DNA of 64,000 nucleotides from a virus (taxonomy: Duplodnaviria > Heunggongvirae > Uroviricota > Caudoviricetes). The stretch lies in the IMG/VR virus record IMGVR_UViG_3300005512_005684, positions 167,003-231,002 of that record, one strand, 5' to 3'. A program made the translations under genes and the position numbers. Below, piece after piece: positions 37,910 through 46,555 of the stretch. Position 1 is the first letter of the stretch, and each line of letters opens with the position of its first letter. The notes beneath the pieces are model-generated. The model searched no databases, had not been told where the DNA came from, and saw only the letters and a list, made by a program, of their open reading frames with translations.

Positions 37910-38437
37910 AGGTTCTGGTAGTCCTACAGAATCCGTACAACAAGGGGCCGCTCCAAGAGTGGCATCCGGGTCGGTGGAAGCGTGAGTACGAGACGAGCCG
38001 TAGCGGCAAACGTCTCTCGATTGCGCTTCCTACTTCGCCAGACGTGAGGGTTCACTACACGAACGCGAATCCGAAAGTTGGTGACGACCCCAAGGCAAAG
38101 TTTGACGGACAGGTGAAGCACGTCGAGAGGGCGTTGAAACGTGTCCAACCAGACATTGTTCTGGCGTGTGGGAAGAACGCCGAAGAGGTGGTGTTGAAGG
38201 TCTGGACGGGGCCACTTGTGTGTCCCACATCCGGCCTATCGCGTACTCACTGACGAGCTACTGGACGGTGCGTGCAAGTGTTTGACTTCGTTCGGAATCT
38301 TTTGCAAGCAACCGTCGTTCAGGCAACGGACCTGGGGTCGTTACCCCGAAGCCGTTAAGTCGGAGAACCCCCGCGTTGCCCTTCGACAGGGGCGTGGTGA
38401 AGTGGTCATTGAGAATCTTGGAGGGATTCATGCTTAG
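37906..38437 (+). pseudogene. uracil-DNA glycosylase-superfamily-like protein split by a frameshift at a (GT)3 repeat
   Basis: VLVVLQNP..YTNA..PDIVLACGKNA in one frame and VPHPA in the next; one extra GT at 38218-38223 restores LVCVPHPA. Confidence 0.55.
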
Positions 38438-39299
38438 ATACTCTGGTAAGACTCAGATGGTGTTGGAGAATCTTGCCGTCCGTGTGACGGGCGAGCGACG
38501 GGCGAACTTCGTCAGCGGCGACAACGTGTACTATCTGGGTGGTGGCTACTGGCGTGCTTTGCAGGTGTTGCTCCCGGTGTCGAAGTTATTTGGTAGTACT
38601 TTCAACCTGGAGGAAGCTGGTATGGTCATGGAGCAGTCAGCCGAGAATGTACGGTTCGTTTGGGGCATTTGTTGCCAGTGTCAGTCAACGGTGCCAGTTG
38701 TGCCGAAGGGAGTCTCACACGTGTTTACCAGCGAGGACCCCGAGGGGAACTTCGTGTGTATCCCTCACTCGTTCTTTGATAAGTTTTGTGACGGGTCCGG
38801 TACTGAGCCGCAGGCGTTGTTGAGACAGGAGGGTGGGTCGTTCGATCACTCGGTGAATGAGGTGTATGAGTCTGACGATGACGAAGAGGACGAGTCGATC
38901 ACGTGTCTCTACACGAGGCGTCAGTGCATGACCTACCGGTTCATGTTCTCCGAATTGATCCAGGTCCTATTCGAGAACCTGGTCGGGAGAAACAACAAGG
39001 GGAGTGCGCTTCGGTTGTACTTCGAGACCAATAATCACGAGACCACAGTGTCCCTGATCGTCTGGGCTCCGGCGAACTACGTGGCCGTGATCTCGGTCAA
39101 GGATGAAGGTCGGGAAGGGGAGTCGTGGAAGGTGTGGTCGTATCACGATTCATGCTGGCGTTCGGACGGTGTTGGACGGTTCGTTAGAGAGCTTGAAGAC
39201 AACCTTTCCGGCTTCGATAGGGTATGCAGGACGTACGCGGTCGTGGCCGTGAGCGAGACCGAACAGGAGCAATACAGGGCGTTGGCTCGGCGCTACTAG
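38430..39299 (+). CDS. hypothetical protein
   Basis: GGAGG RBS before ATG 38430. Confidence 0.65.
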   Translation: MLRYSGKTQMVLENLAVRVTGERRANFVSGDNVYYLGGGYWRALQVLLPVSKLFGSTFNLEEAGMVMEQSAENVRFVWGICCQCQSTVPVVPKGVSHVFTSEDPEGNFVCIPHSFFDKFCDGSGTEPQALLRQEGGSFDHSVNEVYESDDDEEDESITCLYTRRQCMTYRFMFSELIQVLFENLVGRNNKGSALRLYFETNNHETTVSLIVWAPANYVAVISVKDEGREGESWKVWSYHDSCWRSDGVGRFVRELEDNLSGFDRVCRTYAVVAVSETEQEQYRALARRY

Positions 39300-39332
39300 A
39301 TTGGATGTTAGGTTCAATGTTCAATGAGAGTG

Positions 39333-39360
39333 TTGACAAGCCGAACTGATTGAGTATTAT
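39333..39360 (+). promoter_or_regulatory. sigma70-like promoter
   Basis: TTGACA-N16-TATTAT. Confidence 0.55.
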
Positions 39361-39498
39361 ATTAGCTCTTTGAGGTGGGTTTGGGACAGGAAACTTTCAG
39401 ACCATTTTACGACCGGGAGGGAAGTTCATGAAGTGAGCCGTTTGTGTTGTGTGACAGGGGGATATTTCAGAATTCGATACCAGTAGGAGAGAAACCAG

Positions 39499-40443
39499 AT
39501 GAAGACCGCAAACCTTAACGAACTTGCCACCTCGCTTTCGGTCGGAGACCTTGAGCGTCTCCTGGCCTTGAAGCAGAAAGCGGCAGAAAAGAATGCGGGA
39601 AGGATCGCGAGGCTCAACGAGCGGCGCGATAAACTCAGTGGACAGATCAATGAGATCGACACGAAGATCGCTGCGTTGGAAGGGGCAGATGCTCCCGCTC
39701 CCAAGGCGCGGAAGGAAGGGAAGGGGAAGCCGAAGGCCAAAACCGGACCCAAGCCCAAGGTTGAACCCAAAGCCGCTGGCCGGAAGTCCGGTGCGCCGAC
39801 GATTGCCGATCTCGCCAAGTCGTTTCTGGCCGGACAGGACGAACAGCAAGCGGGTCTCAGCGAGATTGCCGCACATGTCGTGCAGACTCGGACGGGCAAA
39901 GCCGAGTATGGTGGCAGTGAATACACGGCGATTTCGACCGCGTGTCGCAACTGCCCGGACATCGTGAAGGTTGTACGTGGTGTGTACCGTCTCAAGGCAG
40001 GTGCCACGGTTGATGCCACGGAGGTCGGTGACGCGTCTGCGGCTGAGGACACGGCACCCAAGGCCGATAAACCGTCCAGGCCGAAGCGTCGGAAGACCGC
40101 AAGCCGGAAGACCAAGACCAAGGCCGAAGCCACTGAGGGCGGTTCTGAGGCGTCTGAGGGCGGTTCTGAGGCGTCTGAGGGCGACTCGGCGAAGCCCAAG
40201 CGTAAGAAACGCAAGAAAGGCAAGGTTGCGAAGGCCGGTCCTGTCGCAGGGAACGGCAAGGTCACTGATCAGGCGTTCGAGTACCTCACGGGTCGTAAGA
40301 GCAAGTCCGCGACCGTCGATTCTCTGGTCGCGAAGGTGCTCGGTGCGGATGTGGAGGCACGGAAAGTCGCCGGATTCAAGATGGCACTTGGCCGTGATTC
40401 GCGGTTCGCTCGTGAGGGCGACAAGGTGTCGCTCGCCGGATAG
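39499..40443 (+). CDS. basic nucleoid-associated/histone-like protein (coiled coil + two winged-helix-like modules)
   Basis: LSVGDLERLL..KLSGQINEIDTKIAALEG coiled coil; K/A/P-rich linkers; IADLAKSFL..VVRGVYRL and VTDQAFEYL..RFAREG modules. Confidence 0.7.
   Translation: MKTANLNELATSLSVGDLERLLALKQKAAEKNAGRIARLNERRDKLSGQINEIDTKIAALEGADAPAPKARKEGKGKPKAKTGPKPKVEPKAAGRKSGAPTIADLAKSFLAGQDEQQAGLSEIAAHVVQTRTGKAEYGGSEYTAISTACRNCPDIVKVVRGVYRLKAGATVDATEVGDASAAEDTAPKADKPSRPKRRKTASRKTKTKAEATEGGSEASEGGSEASEGDSAKPKRKKRKKGKVAKAGPVAGNGKVTDQAFEYLTGRKSKSATVDSLVAKVLGADVEARKVAGFKMALGRDSRFAREGDKVSLAG
40133..40183 (+). repeat. 21-bp tandem repeat (EGGSEAS), ~2.4 copies
   Basis: CTGAGGGCGGTTCTGAGGCGT repeated. Confidence 0.85.
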
Positions 40444-40453
40444 TCGGAAACGT

Positions 40454-40492
40454 AAGGGCAAGCGCGCCTTGGTCGGTGCGCTTGCCCTTTTT
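40454..40492 (+). terminator. Rho-independent terminator
   Basis: AAGGGCAAGCGC/GCGCTTGCCCTT stem followed by T run. Confidence 0.8.
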
Positions 40493-40532
40493 ATGTCGGT
40501 TCATATACGTGTATTACGACAGGAGTAGAGTC

Positions 40533-41252
40533 ATGCCCAGGAGTCCAGAAAGCAAAGAACGCCGCCAGCGTGTTGGTTCGGCACTGAAGGCGGCGGAAGC
40601 GGATACCGAAAAAGTGCCGGAAGCAGACGACAGTAAGATTCGCGTCCGGGTGCCGAAGAAACATCGTGAGACGGCGAAGAAACTGATCGCTGCGACCAGG
40701 GAGAACAAACGTGGTGAGCGTGATCGCAAGGAAGCTCTGGCTACGTTGCTTCCCTTCGCTCGCGTGAAGTACGTCGGTGGTGCGACCGAAGGTCCATATC
40801 GAGATCACGTTGTCCTGGACGTGGGTGACGATGACGAGTCTCCGCCCATTAACGTGATCTTTTCCCACAAGTACTCGGAGATTCCACTCGACCAGGCCAA
40901 GGTGCTCAGGGAGATCGTTGGTCGGAAGTTCGCCGCGTGCTTCGAGACAGTGAAGAAAGTGACACTCAAAGACGCGGTTGCGAAGTCGGAAAAGAAACTC
41001 GACTCGCTAATTCGGGCGCTCGGCGGAGAGCAGCGTCCTGGTAAGGAAGAGGAGATCGCTGAAGTTGGCAAGAAACTCTTTGCCGAAAACTTCGACGTGA
41101 AGCGCTTCCTTGCCCCGACCAGGCACTTCACGGAGGAACGCTGGCAAGAGTTCACGGCGGAAGAGAACGCCGCGCTCGACGAGATCATTACTCAGTCGGC
41201 ACCTCAGGTCAGGATTGACGTGTCGCTTGACGACGGCGACGACGAGAGTTGA
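40533..41252 (+). CDS. hypothetical protein
   Basis: CAGGAG RBS before ATG 40533. Confidence 0.7.
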   Translation: MPRSPESKERRQRVGSALKAAEADTEKVPEADDSKIRVRVPKKHRETAKKLIAATRENKRGERDRKEALATLLPFARVKYVGGATEGPYRDHVVLDVGDDDESPPINVIFSHKYSEIPLDQAKVLREIVGRKFAACFETVKKVTLKDAVAKSEKKLDSLIRALGGEQRPGKEEEIAEVGKKLFAENFDVKRFLAPTRHFTEERWQEFTAEENAALDEIITQSAPQVRIDVSLDDGDDES

Positions 41253-41263
41253 GATAGTTCCCA

Positions 41264-41299
41264 GGGCAGACCCGCCTCGGTGTGGCGGGTCTGTCTTTC
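41264..41299 (+). terminator. Rho-independent terminator
   Basis: GGCAGACCCGCC/GGCGGGTCTGTC stem followed by TTTCT. Confidence 0.65.
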
Positions 41300-41374
41300 T
41301 GGAGGTCATTGATGCTACGAGAGCGGTCTCACGAATTATTTGCGGTTAATTCGAGTTGCCGTGGTTTTGGGCGA

Positions 41375-41403
41375 TTGACAGGGAATAGCCGGATTCTTAG
41401 AAT
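41375..41403 (+). promoter_or_regulatory. near-consensus sigma70 promoter
   Basis: TTGACA-N17-TAGAAT upstream of the poly-acidic protein gene. Confidence 0.75.
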
Positions 41404-41532
41404 TAGCGCCCAGTAATTGATTTTTCGATTTACTGGACACTACCTTGGGCGTCCGCAGTGGGCGTCCAGATTGGAAATGCGAACTCGTGTTTCCGGCTTT
41501 TGTCACCGCCACACAGTTACGGAGGTAGCACA

Positions 41533-42618
41533 ATGGCGAAGCGTAGCAGGAAGTCGTCGAAGGGTAAGGGCAAGGTGAAGGGCAAGGACATCGAACAGGA
41601 AGTTGAGGAACAGGAGGAACAGGAGGAAGAGGTCGAAGACGAAGAGGAACAGGAAGAGGTCGAAGACGAAGAGGAACAGGAAGAGGACGACGAAGACGAC
41701 GAAGACGAAGACGACGAGGACGAAGACGAAGACGAAGACGAAGACGATGACGAAGACGATGACGACGACGAAGACGAGGACGACGACGAAGACGAGGACG
41801 ACGACGAAGACGAGGACGACGACGAAGACGAGGACGACGACGAGGACGACGAAGACGACGAAGACGAAGACGACGAAGACGACGAAGACGACGAAGACGA
41901 CGAAGACGACGAAGACGACGAAGACGACGAAGACGAAGACGACGAAGACGACGAAGATGACGAAGATGACGAAGACGAAGACGACGACGATGACGAAGAC
42001 GAAGACGATGACGACGACGATGACGACGACGAAGACGAGGACGACGACGAAGACGAGGACGACGACGAGGACGACGACGAAGACGAGGACGACGACGAGG
42101 ACGACGAAGACGACGACGGAGACGATGACGAAGACGACGACGATGACGAGGACGACGAAGACGAAGACAGTGACGACGAAGACGAAGACAGTGACGACGA
42201 AGACGAAGACAGTGACGACGAAGACGAAGACAGTGACGACGAAGACGAAGACAGTGACGACGAAGACGAAGACAGTGACGACGAAGAGGAAGACGAGGAT
42301 GAAGACGAGGAACCTCCTGCAAAGCCCAAGAAAGGCAAGACCAAGCCCAAAGCCGCGGCCAAGCCTGCGAAGGGAAGCAGTCGGCGTGGACCACGACCGG
42401 CGATTGAGGACGAACCCCTTGTCCGACGATGGCTCGACGGTGTTGACCTCTCCAAGGTCAAAGAGAATGTCGCCGCACTTGACGACGAGAACATCCGTCG
42501 AAAGAAAGAGCAGTTGGAAAAGGAAGCCATCTTGCTCAAACTTTGCGAGGAACAGTCGAAGGGGAAGCTCAAGGGGAAGACCAAGGGGAAGACCAAGGGT
42601 CGCAAGACCAAGAAATAG
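41533..42618 (+). CDS. poly-Asp/Glu tract protein with basic termini
   Basis: GGAGG RBS; ~240 consecutive residues almost entirely D/E, flanked by K-rich ends. Confidence 0.8.
   Translation: MAKRSRKSSKGKGKVKGKDIEQEVEEQEEQEEEVEDEEEQEEVEDEEEQEEDDEDDEDEDDEDEDEDEDEDDDEDDDDDEDEDDDEDEDDDEDEDDDEDEDDDEDDEDDEDEDDEDDEDDEDDEDDEDDEDDEDEDDEDDEDDEDDEDEDDDDDEDEDDDDDDDDDEDEDDDEDEDDDEDDDEDEDDDEDDEDDDGDDDEDDDDDEDDEDEDSDDEDEDSDDEDEDSDDEDEDSDDEDEDSDDEDEDSDDEEEDEDEDEEPPAKPKKGKTKPKAAAKPAKGSSRRGPRPAIEDEPLVRRWLDGVDLSKVKENVAALDDENIRRKKEQLEKEAILLKLCEEQSKGKLKGKTKGKTKGRKTKK
41593..42312 (+). repeat. low-complexity GAC/GAA/GAG tract with 9-, 18- and 21-bp units
   Basis: GACGAAGAC and GACGAAGACGAGGACGAC units plus six copies of GACGAAGACGAAGACAGTGAC. 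Confidence 0.9.
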
Positions 42619-42647
42619 TTCGCTGGTAGCGGACAATCGGTATGATC

Positions 42648-42698
42648 GATCAAGGGCGGGAGTCATGGCGTTGACAGCGTTGTGCCCCGCCCTTGATC
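42648..42698 (+). terminator. long hairpin (terminator or processing site)
   Basis: GATCAAGGGCGGG/CCCGCCCTTGATC 13-bp stem. Confidence 0.55.
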
Positions 42699-42756
42699 TT
42701 TACTTGGACAGTTGAGTACGTTACGGATCGGTTGGTCACTTAGTGGAGGAAGTGTC

Positions 42757-44115
42757 ATGGTGAACGTGGTGCGTAGGAAGAAATACATCCAGACCAATGT
42801 GGACGAAAGCCACAACAAGTTTTGGTACATAACCGAGTATGACGACGCGACCGTAGTGCGTGAGTGGGGAGCAGTTGGTACGAGGGGACAGAAAGACAGT
42901 CCAAAGAAGTCTTTCCCCTCTCAAGATGCAGCCAGCAAATTCTTCGACAAGGAATGCAAGGGGAAAGAGAAAGGGAAGAAAGACAAGAAAACCGGCCTGC
43001 GGAAGGTCTATACCGAACTCCAGGTCCTCGACGACGATGGACAGGGGGCAGTGGCACAAGGCACGGTGGCCAATGATTCGTTGTCGGATGTGGCGCATCG
43101 GGACATAAGTGGTGGTGACCCGATTGTCGGCGAACTCGTGGCCATGTTGGTTCGTCAGAACCAACACAATATCCTTACGAACACGACCATGAAGTACAGT
43201 GCGGCGACGGGCTTGTTCTCGACGGCGTGCGGAATTGTGACTCAGGCGTCGATTAACGAGGCTCGTAGTCTCCTGAATCAGTTGGTGCCATACGTGTCCA
43301 GTCAGCAATTCGAGGACACGCAGTACGCGCCGTTGCTGAATCAGTACTTGATGCTCATTCCGCAAAAGGTGAAACGTCAGCGGGGGAAGCTCGTGGCGTC
43401 ATTGATCTTCCCGGACGCCGAGGCGTTGCGAAAGCAAGACGAGATTCTGACTTCGCTACAAGCGTCTCTGGATACGTTACAGACGAGAACGAACGGGGGG
43501 AGTGACGCGGAGGTTGCCAAGGTCTTCGACGTGCGTGTGGCGCTTATCGAAGACGAGGAAGAGATCGAGCGGATCACTCGGAAATACATGGAAACTCGTA
43601 CGTCTATGCACACGTGCGCCCACCTGCGAGTGTCCCGAGTGTTCTCCATGAGGATTGGGAGCATGGTCGAACGCTTTGAGCGTGAGGGTGTGCCTCGCGG
43701 CAACATCTTTGAGTACTGGCACGGGTCTCGTACCAGTAATCTCCTGAGTATTCTTCACAAGGGTCTCATGGTGCCGCCGAAGTCTTCCGATCATGTTACA
43801 GGGAGACTGGTGGGAGACGGTCTGTACTTCAGTGACATTTCCACGAAGGCGTTGGGATACTCATACGGTTTCTGGAGTGGTGGAAACCAGAAAGACAATA
43901 ACCCATTCATGTTCCTCGCGGACGTGGCAATGGGTAAGGTCTTCGAGCCGACGAGTCTGGCCAACGATGGACCTTTCCCAGTGAGAGGATATGATTCGAC
44001 GCTCGCCCGAGCCGGAACAACGATTCGCGGACATCGGACGCTGAAGAACAACGAAATGATCGTGTACACGGTCGGACAGGTAAATCTCAAGCGCATGGTG
44101 GAGTTCACGTCTTAG
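42757..44115 (+). CDS. PARP1-like poly(ADP-ribose) polymerase (WGR + regulatory + catalytic domains)
   Basis: WGR: NKFW..EWGAVGTRGQ; regulatory: GIVTQASINEARSLL..NQYLMLIP; catalytic: WHGSRTSNLLSILHKGL..GDGLYFSD..KALGY..NNEMIVY. Confidence 0.92.
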   Translation: MVNVVRRKKYIQTNVDESHNKFWYITEYDDATVVREWGAVGTRGQKDSPKKSFPSQDAASKFFDKECKGKEKGKKDKKTGLRKVYTELQVLDDDGQGAVAQGTVANDSLSDVAHRDISGGDPIVGELVAMLVRQNQHNILTNTTMKYSAATGLFSTACGIVTQASINEARSLLNQLVPYVSSQQFEDTQYAPLLNQYLMLIPQKVKRQRGKLVASLIFPDAEALRKQDEILTSLQASLDTLQTRTNGGSDAEVAKVFDVRVALIEDEEEIERITRKYMETRTSMHTCAHLRVSRVFSMRIGSMVERFEREGVPRGNIFEYWHGSRTSNLLSILHKGLMVPPKSSDHVTGRLVGDGLYFSDISTKALGYSYGFWSGGNQKDNNPFMFLADVAMGKVFEPTSLANDGPFPVRGYDSTLARAGTTIRGHRTLKNNEMIVYTVGQVNLKRMVEFTS

Positions 44116-44148
44116 TCGGTTACTTGGTATCACACGGAGGAAAGTGTT

Positions 44149-44832
44149 ATGAGTCTGCAAGCATCTGAGATCGAAGCAGTCGAAAAGATTGTGTCGGTGA
44201 AAATGGACGCCGAGGAAATGTTCACGGCGTTCAACGTGACCCTTGAGGCGCAGATGCAGGGCGTCCATAGGAAGAACGTCGAGTTACGGGACATCATTCA
44301 CATGATGTATGAGCGTGGTAACATGCCAGACTATACCCGGACGTTAAAGGACATTCCGGGAGCGCCGGCCCCGGCCTGGGTCTATCACCCGGAGCACATG
44401 TCTGCGGATGATTTCATGCCGTTGGATCGAACTGGGCAACGGAGACAGAAACAGGCGACGGCGATTCAGGTCGCGCAAGCGGCAATGGGAGCTTCGCCGA
44501 AAGCTCCGGTTGCAACGGCTCCGCAACCGACGGCTCCGGTTCCGGCAGTTGGGGCGCATGTGCCGGACGGTCGTGGTCGGGTGTGTGTCCCGGTCGAAAT
44601 GGTGAAGTCTCTCGGGTTGGTCAAAGGTGACGACGTGTACGTGGCCGTGAATACGGAACGGCTGGAGGTGACGAAGGGTTACCCAACGGCGGACGTTGCG
44701 GTGATCGGTTACGTGGTCGATCCGCGAGGTAACATTCGCGTGTCGAAGCAGACTCTCGACAGGGCACAGTTCAAGTGCTCCGAGTTCAACATCGTGGCGG
44801 AGAACGGTACCGTTGTGATCACACCAAAGTAG
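44149..44832 (+). CDS. protein with C-terminal tandem AbrB/SpoVT/MraZ-like domains
   Basis: PDGRGRVCVPVEMVKSLGLVKGDDVYV and VDPRGNIRVSK. Confidence 0.6.
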   Translation: MSLQASEIEAVEKIVSVKMDAEEMFTAFNVTLEAQMQGVHRKNVELRDIIHMMYERGNMPDYTRTLKDIPGAPAPAWVYHPEHMSADDFMPLDRTGQRRQKQATAIQVAQAAMGASPKAPVATAPQPTAPVPAVGAHVPDGRGRVCVPVEMVKSLGLVKGDDVYVAVNTERLEVTKGYPTADVAVIGYVVDPRGNIRVSKQTLDRAQFKCSEFNIVAENGTVVITPK

Positions 44833-44843
44833 GAGAGTGAACG

Positions 44844-45020
44844 ATACCTAGAGAGTTTGCGTTGATCAAGCTCAATGACCTAAGTGTGTTTCGATTTGAT
44901 TTCAAGGAAGACCTGAAGAACGCGGTTCAGGACTGCGAGCGTCTTGGCGTTCGATGTATCGCACTTCGGTGGAACGAGCAGGCTGAGCAGTACGCGGAAA
45001 TGGAACAAGTCCCGTGGTAG
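44844..45020 (+). CDS. 58-aa ORF with apparent ATA start
   Basis: AGGAG RBS 8 nt upstream; AACGATA context matches the AACGATG starts seen elsewhere in the window. Confidence 0.35.
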   Translation: MPREFALIKLNDLSVFRFDFKEDLKNAVQDCERLGVRCIALRWNEQAEQYAEMEQVPW

Positions 45021-45168
45021 GGTGACTTGTTCGTACGCCAGACTTCAACACGGAGCATGACGAGGAGCGTGAGGACAAGACGGCGGCGGCGATTGAATAC
45101 TTCAGGACAGGTCACCAGTTGGTTGAATCTGTCGGCTATTGCATGTACCGCTTGGGAGGGACTTTAGT

Positions 45169-45417
45169 ATGACGTGTCGAAAGCGACTACTCCGGTGGTG
45201 TCAAGATCACGTGGTGGGGATCGTCGCGGTGGTGTCACTCCTACTTCTATGCGGCGGTGTCTTTTGCTGGAATGTGTTCACTCCAGGGACGCCTTGGATT
45301 GACCGAGTGGGGTGGAGACACCGGACAGTGGTGGACATGACGATCCGTGAGTTTGCCGTTATTATCTTTGTGACGGCCATGTTCCATGCGGTGATTTCCA
45401 GAGTCGTGAAGAAATGA
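45169..45417 (+). CDS. membrane protein
   Basis: Two hydrophobic segments; GGAGG RBS. Confidence 0.55.
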   Translation: MTCRKRLLRWCQDHVVGIVAVVSLLLLCGGVFCWNVFTPGTPWIDRVGWRHRTVVDMTIREFAVIIFVTAMFHAVISRVVKK

Positions 45418-45593
45418 GGTTGGCGATACTGGTCATACAGTGCAAGAAATGTTACATTGAGGGTGTTTCGGCGGTGTTGAATTAACCGTCAATAATTGCT
45501 GAAATAGAGTGGAATAATTCAATTGAGACGATACAATTCCGGGGTGTGTTTTTGGTAGTGGGATTGACAACGAGGAACACGGAGGACTTTGGT

Positions 45594-46118
45594 ATGCGTG
45601 AGGTGCATGACCGACAGACCTTTTCCCTCTCCCTGGGCAAGGTCGCGTACACAAGTCAACGTCGGATTAACTCCGTTGACTTGACCCTGGAACTGCGAGT
45701 CGGTGTCCCGACAGAACCCGCCCTTGACATCGACCTAAACCCCGTCGAACAACTCACTGAGGTCAGTATCGTTGGCAACGTCTGGAACGGTAGTCACACG
45801 GACATCGTACACGGTGGTCAGTGTGTGGACACGATCCGGGAGTTGTTCCCACGAGGCAAGCGCGTCCAGCGAATCTGCGAACTCTGGGATCGCTGGCACC
45901 TGAATGGCATGGAGGCCGGGACTCGCCGACAGCGTGAGTGTCTCAATGGTCAGTCGTTCACTGACTATGCGGAGCAGTGTGCCTTCCTGGAGAGTCGTGG
46001 CTTGATCGATGACGAGAACTACCGGTACGGTTCGGCGTGGCTCTGCGAGCCGTTGCCGGAGGAAGTCCGAGCGGAGTTGGTCGAACTCTTCGGCGGCAAT
46101 GAGGAAGGAGGTGAATGA
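45594..46118 (+). CDS. conserved phage-type hypothetical protein
   Basis: GQCVDTI..WDRWHLNGMEAGT..YRYGSAWL; GGAGG RBS. Confidence 0.7.
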   Translation: MREVHDRQTFSLSLGKVAYTSQRRINSVDLTLELRVGVPTEPALDIDLNPVEQLTEVSIVGNVWNGSHTDIVHGGQCVDTIRELFPRGKRVQRICELWDRWHLNGMEAGTRRQRECLNGQSFTDYAEQCAFLESRGLIDDENYRYGSAWLCEPLPEEVRAELVELFGGNEEGGE

Positions 46119-46555
46119 TGTCGAAACCTTCCTGGTTCAGAGAGTATGGTGAGTGTCTGGAGCTACAGAAGACCGAGGGGAGGATTGAACTCTCCTGCGA
46201 GTTCGGAGCGGTTCACGTAGGCTTGCTGAGAGCCTCTCTGAGCGTTTACTTCGACCGGAAAGGCTCGTGGGTCATTGAGTGGGAGATCGCCGAGTCTGAG
46301 GGCGTACAGAGCGTCAGAGGTGCACGTGTCGTGGACACTGAGACGTTCCTCTCGCTACTCGGCACGAATCGAAGCTCCTACCAGCGGATGGGTCTGGGAA
46401 TCCGGGTCGGTCTCTGGGCTTCCTTTCCCGGCCCTGGAATGAATCACGTCCTCGATCCGAACATCTGCGTACACGTCCGTGACGAGATTGCCGTGGCCGT
46501 GACGAGTCTGGTCGCGGACGAAATCGAGATCGTGGACGGGGAGCCGGCGGAATGA
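46115..46555 (+). CDS. hypothetical protein
   Basis: ATGA coupling. Confidence 0.6.
   Translation: MMSKPSWFREYGECLELQKTEGRIELSCEFGAVHVGLLRASLSVYFDRKGSWVIEWEIAESEGVQSVRGARVVDTETFLSLLGTNRSSYQRMGLGIRVGLWASFPGPGMNHVLDPNICVHVRDEIAVAVTSLVADEIEIVDGEPAE

Noticed and set aside
41593-42312. Possible CRISPR array or non-coding satellite
   Set aside because: No unique spacers; the units are codon-phased within an ORF
41336-42715. Long poly-Ser, poly-Arg, poly-Thr/Lys and Val/Phe ORFs in other frames and on the minus strand
   Set aside because: Shadows of the GAC/GAA repeat, which lacks stops in several frames; only the D/E frame has a promoter, RBS and sensible termini
44837-44851. Frameshift from GTG at 44837 into the 58-aa ORF
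   Set aside because: GTG is only 1 nt from the RBS; the ATA at canonical spacing explains the frame more simply
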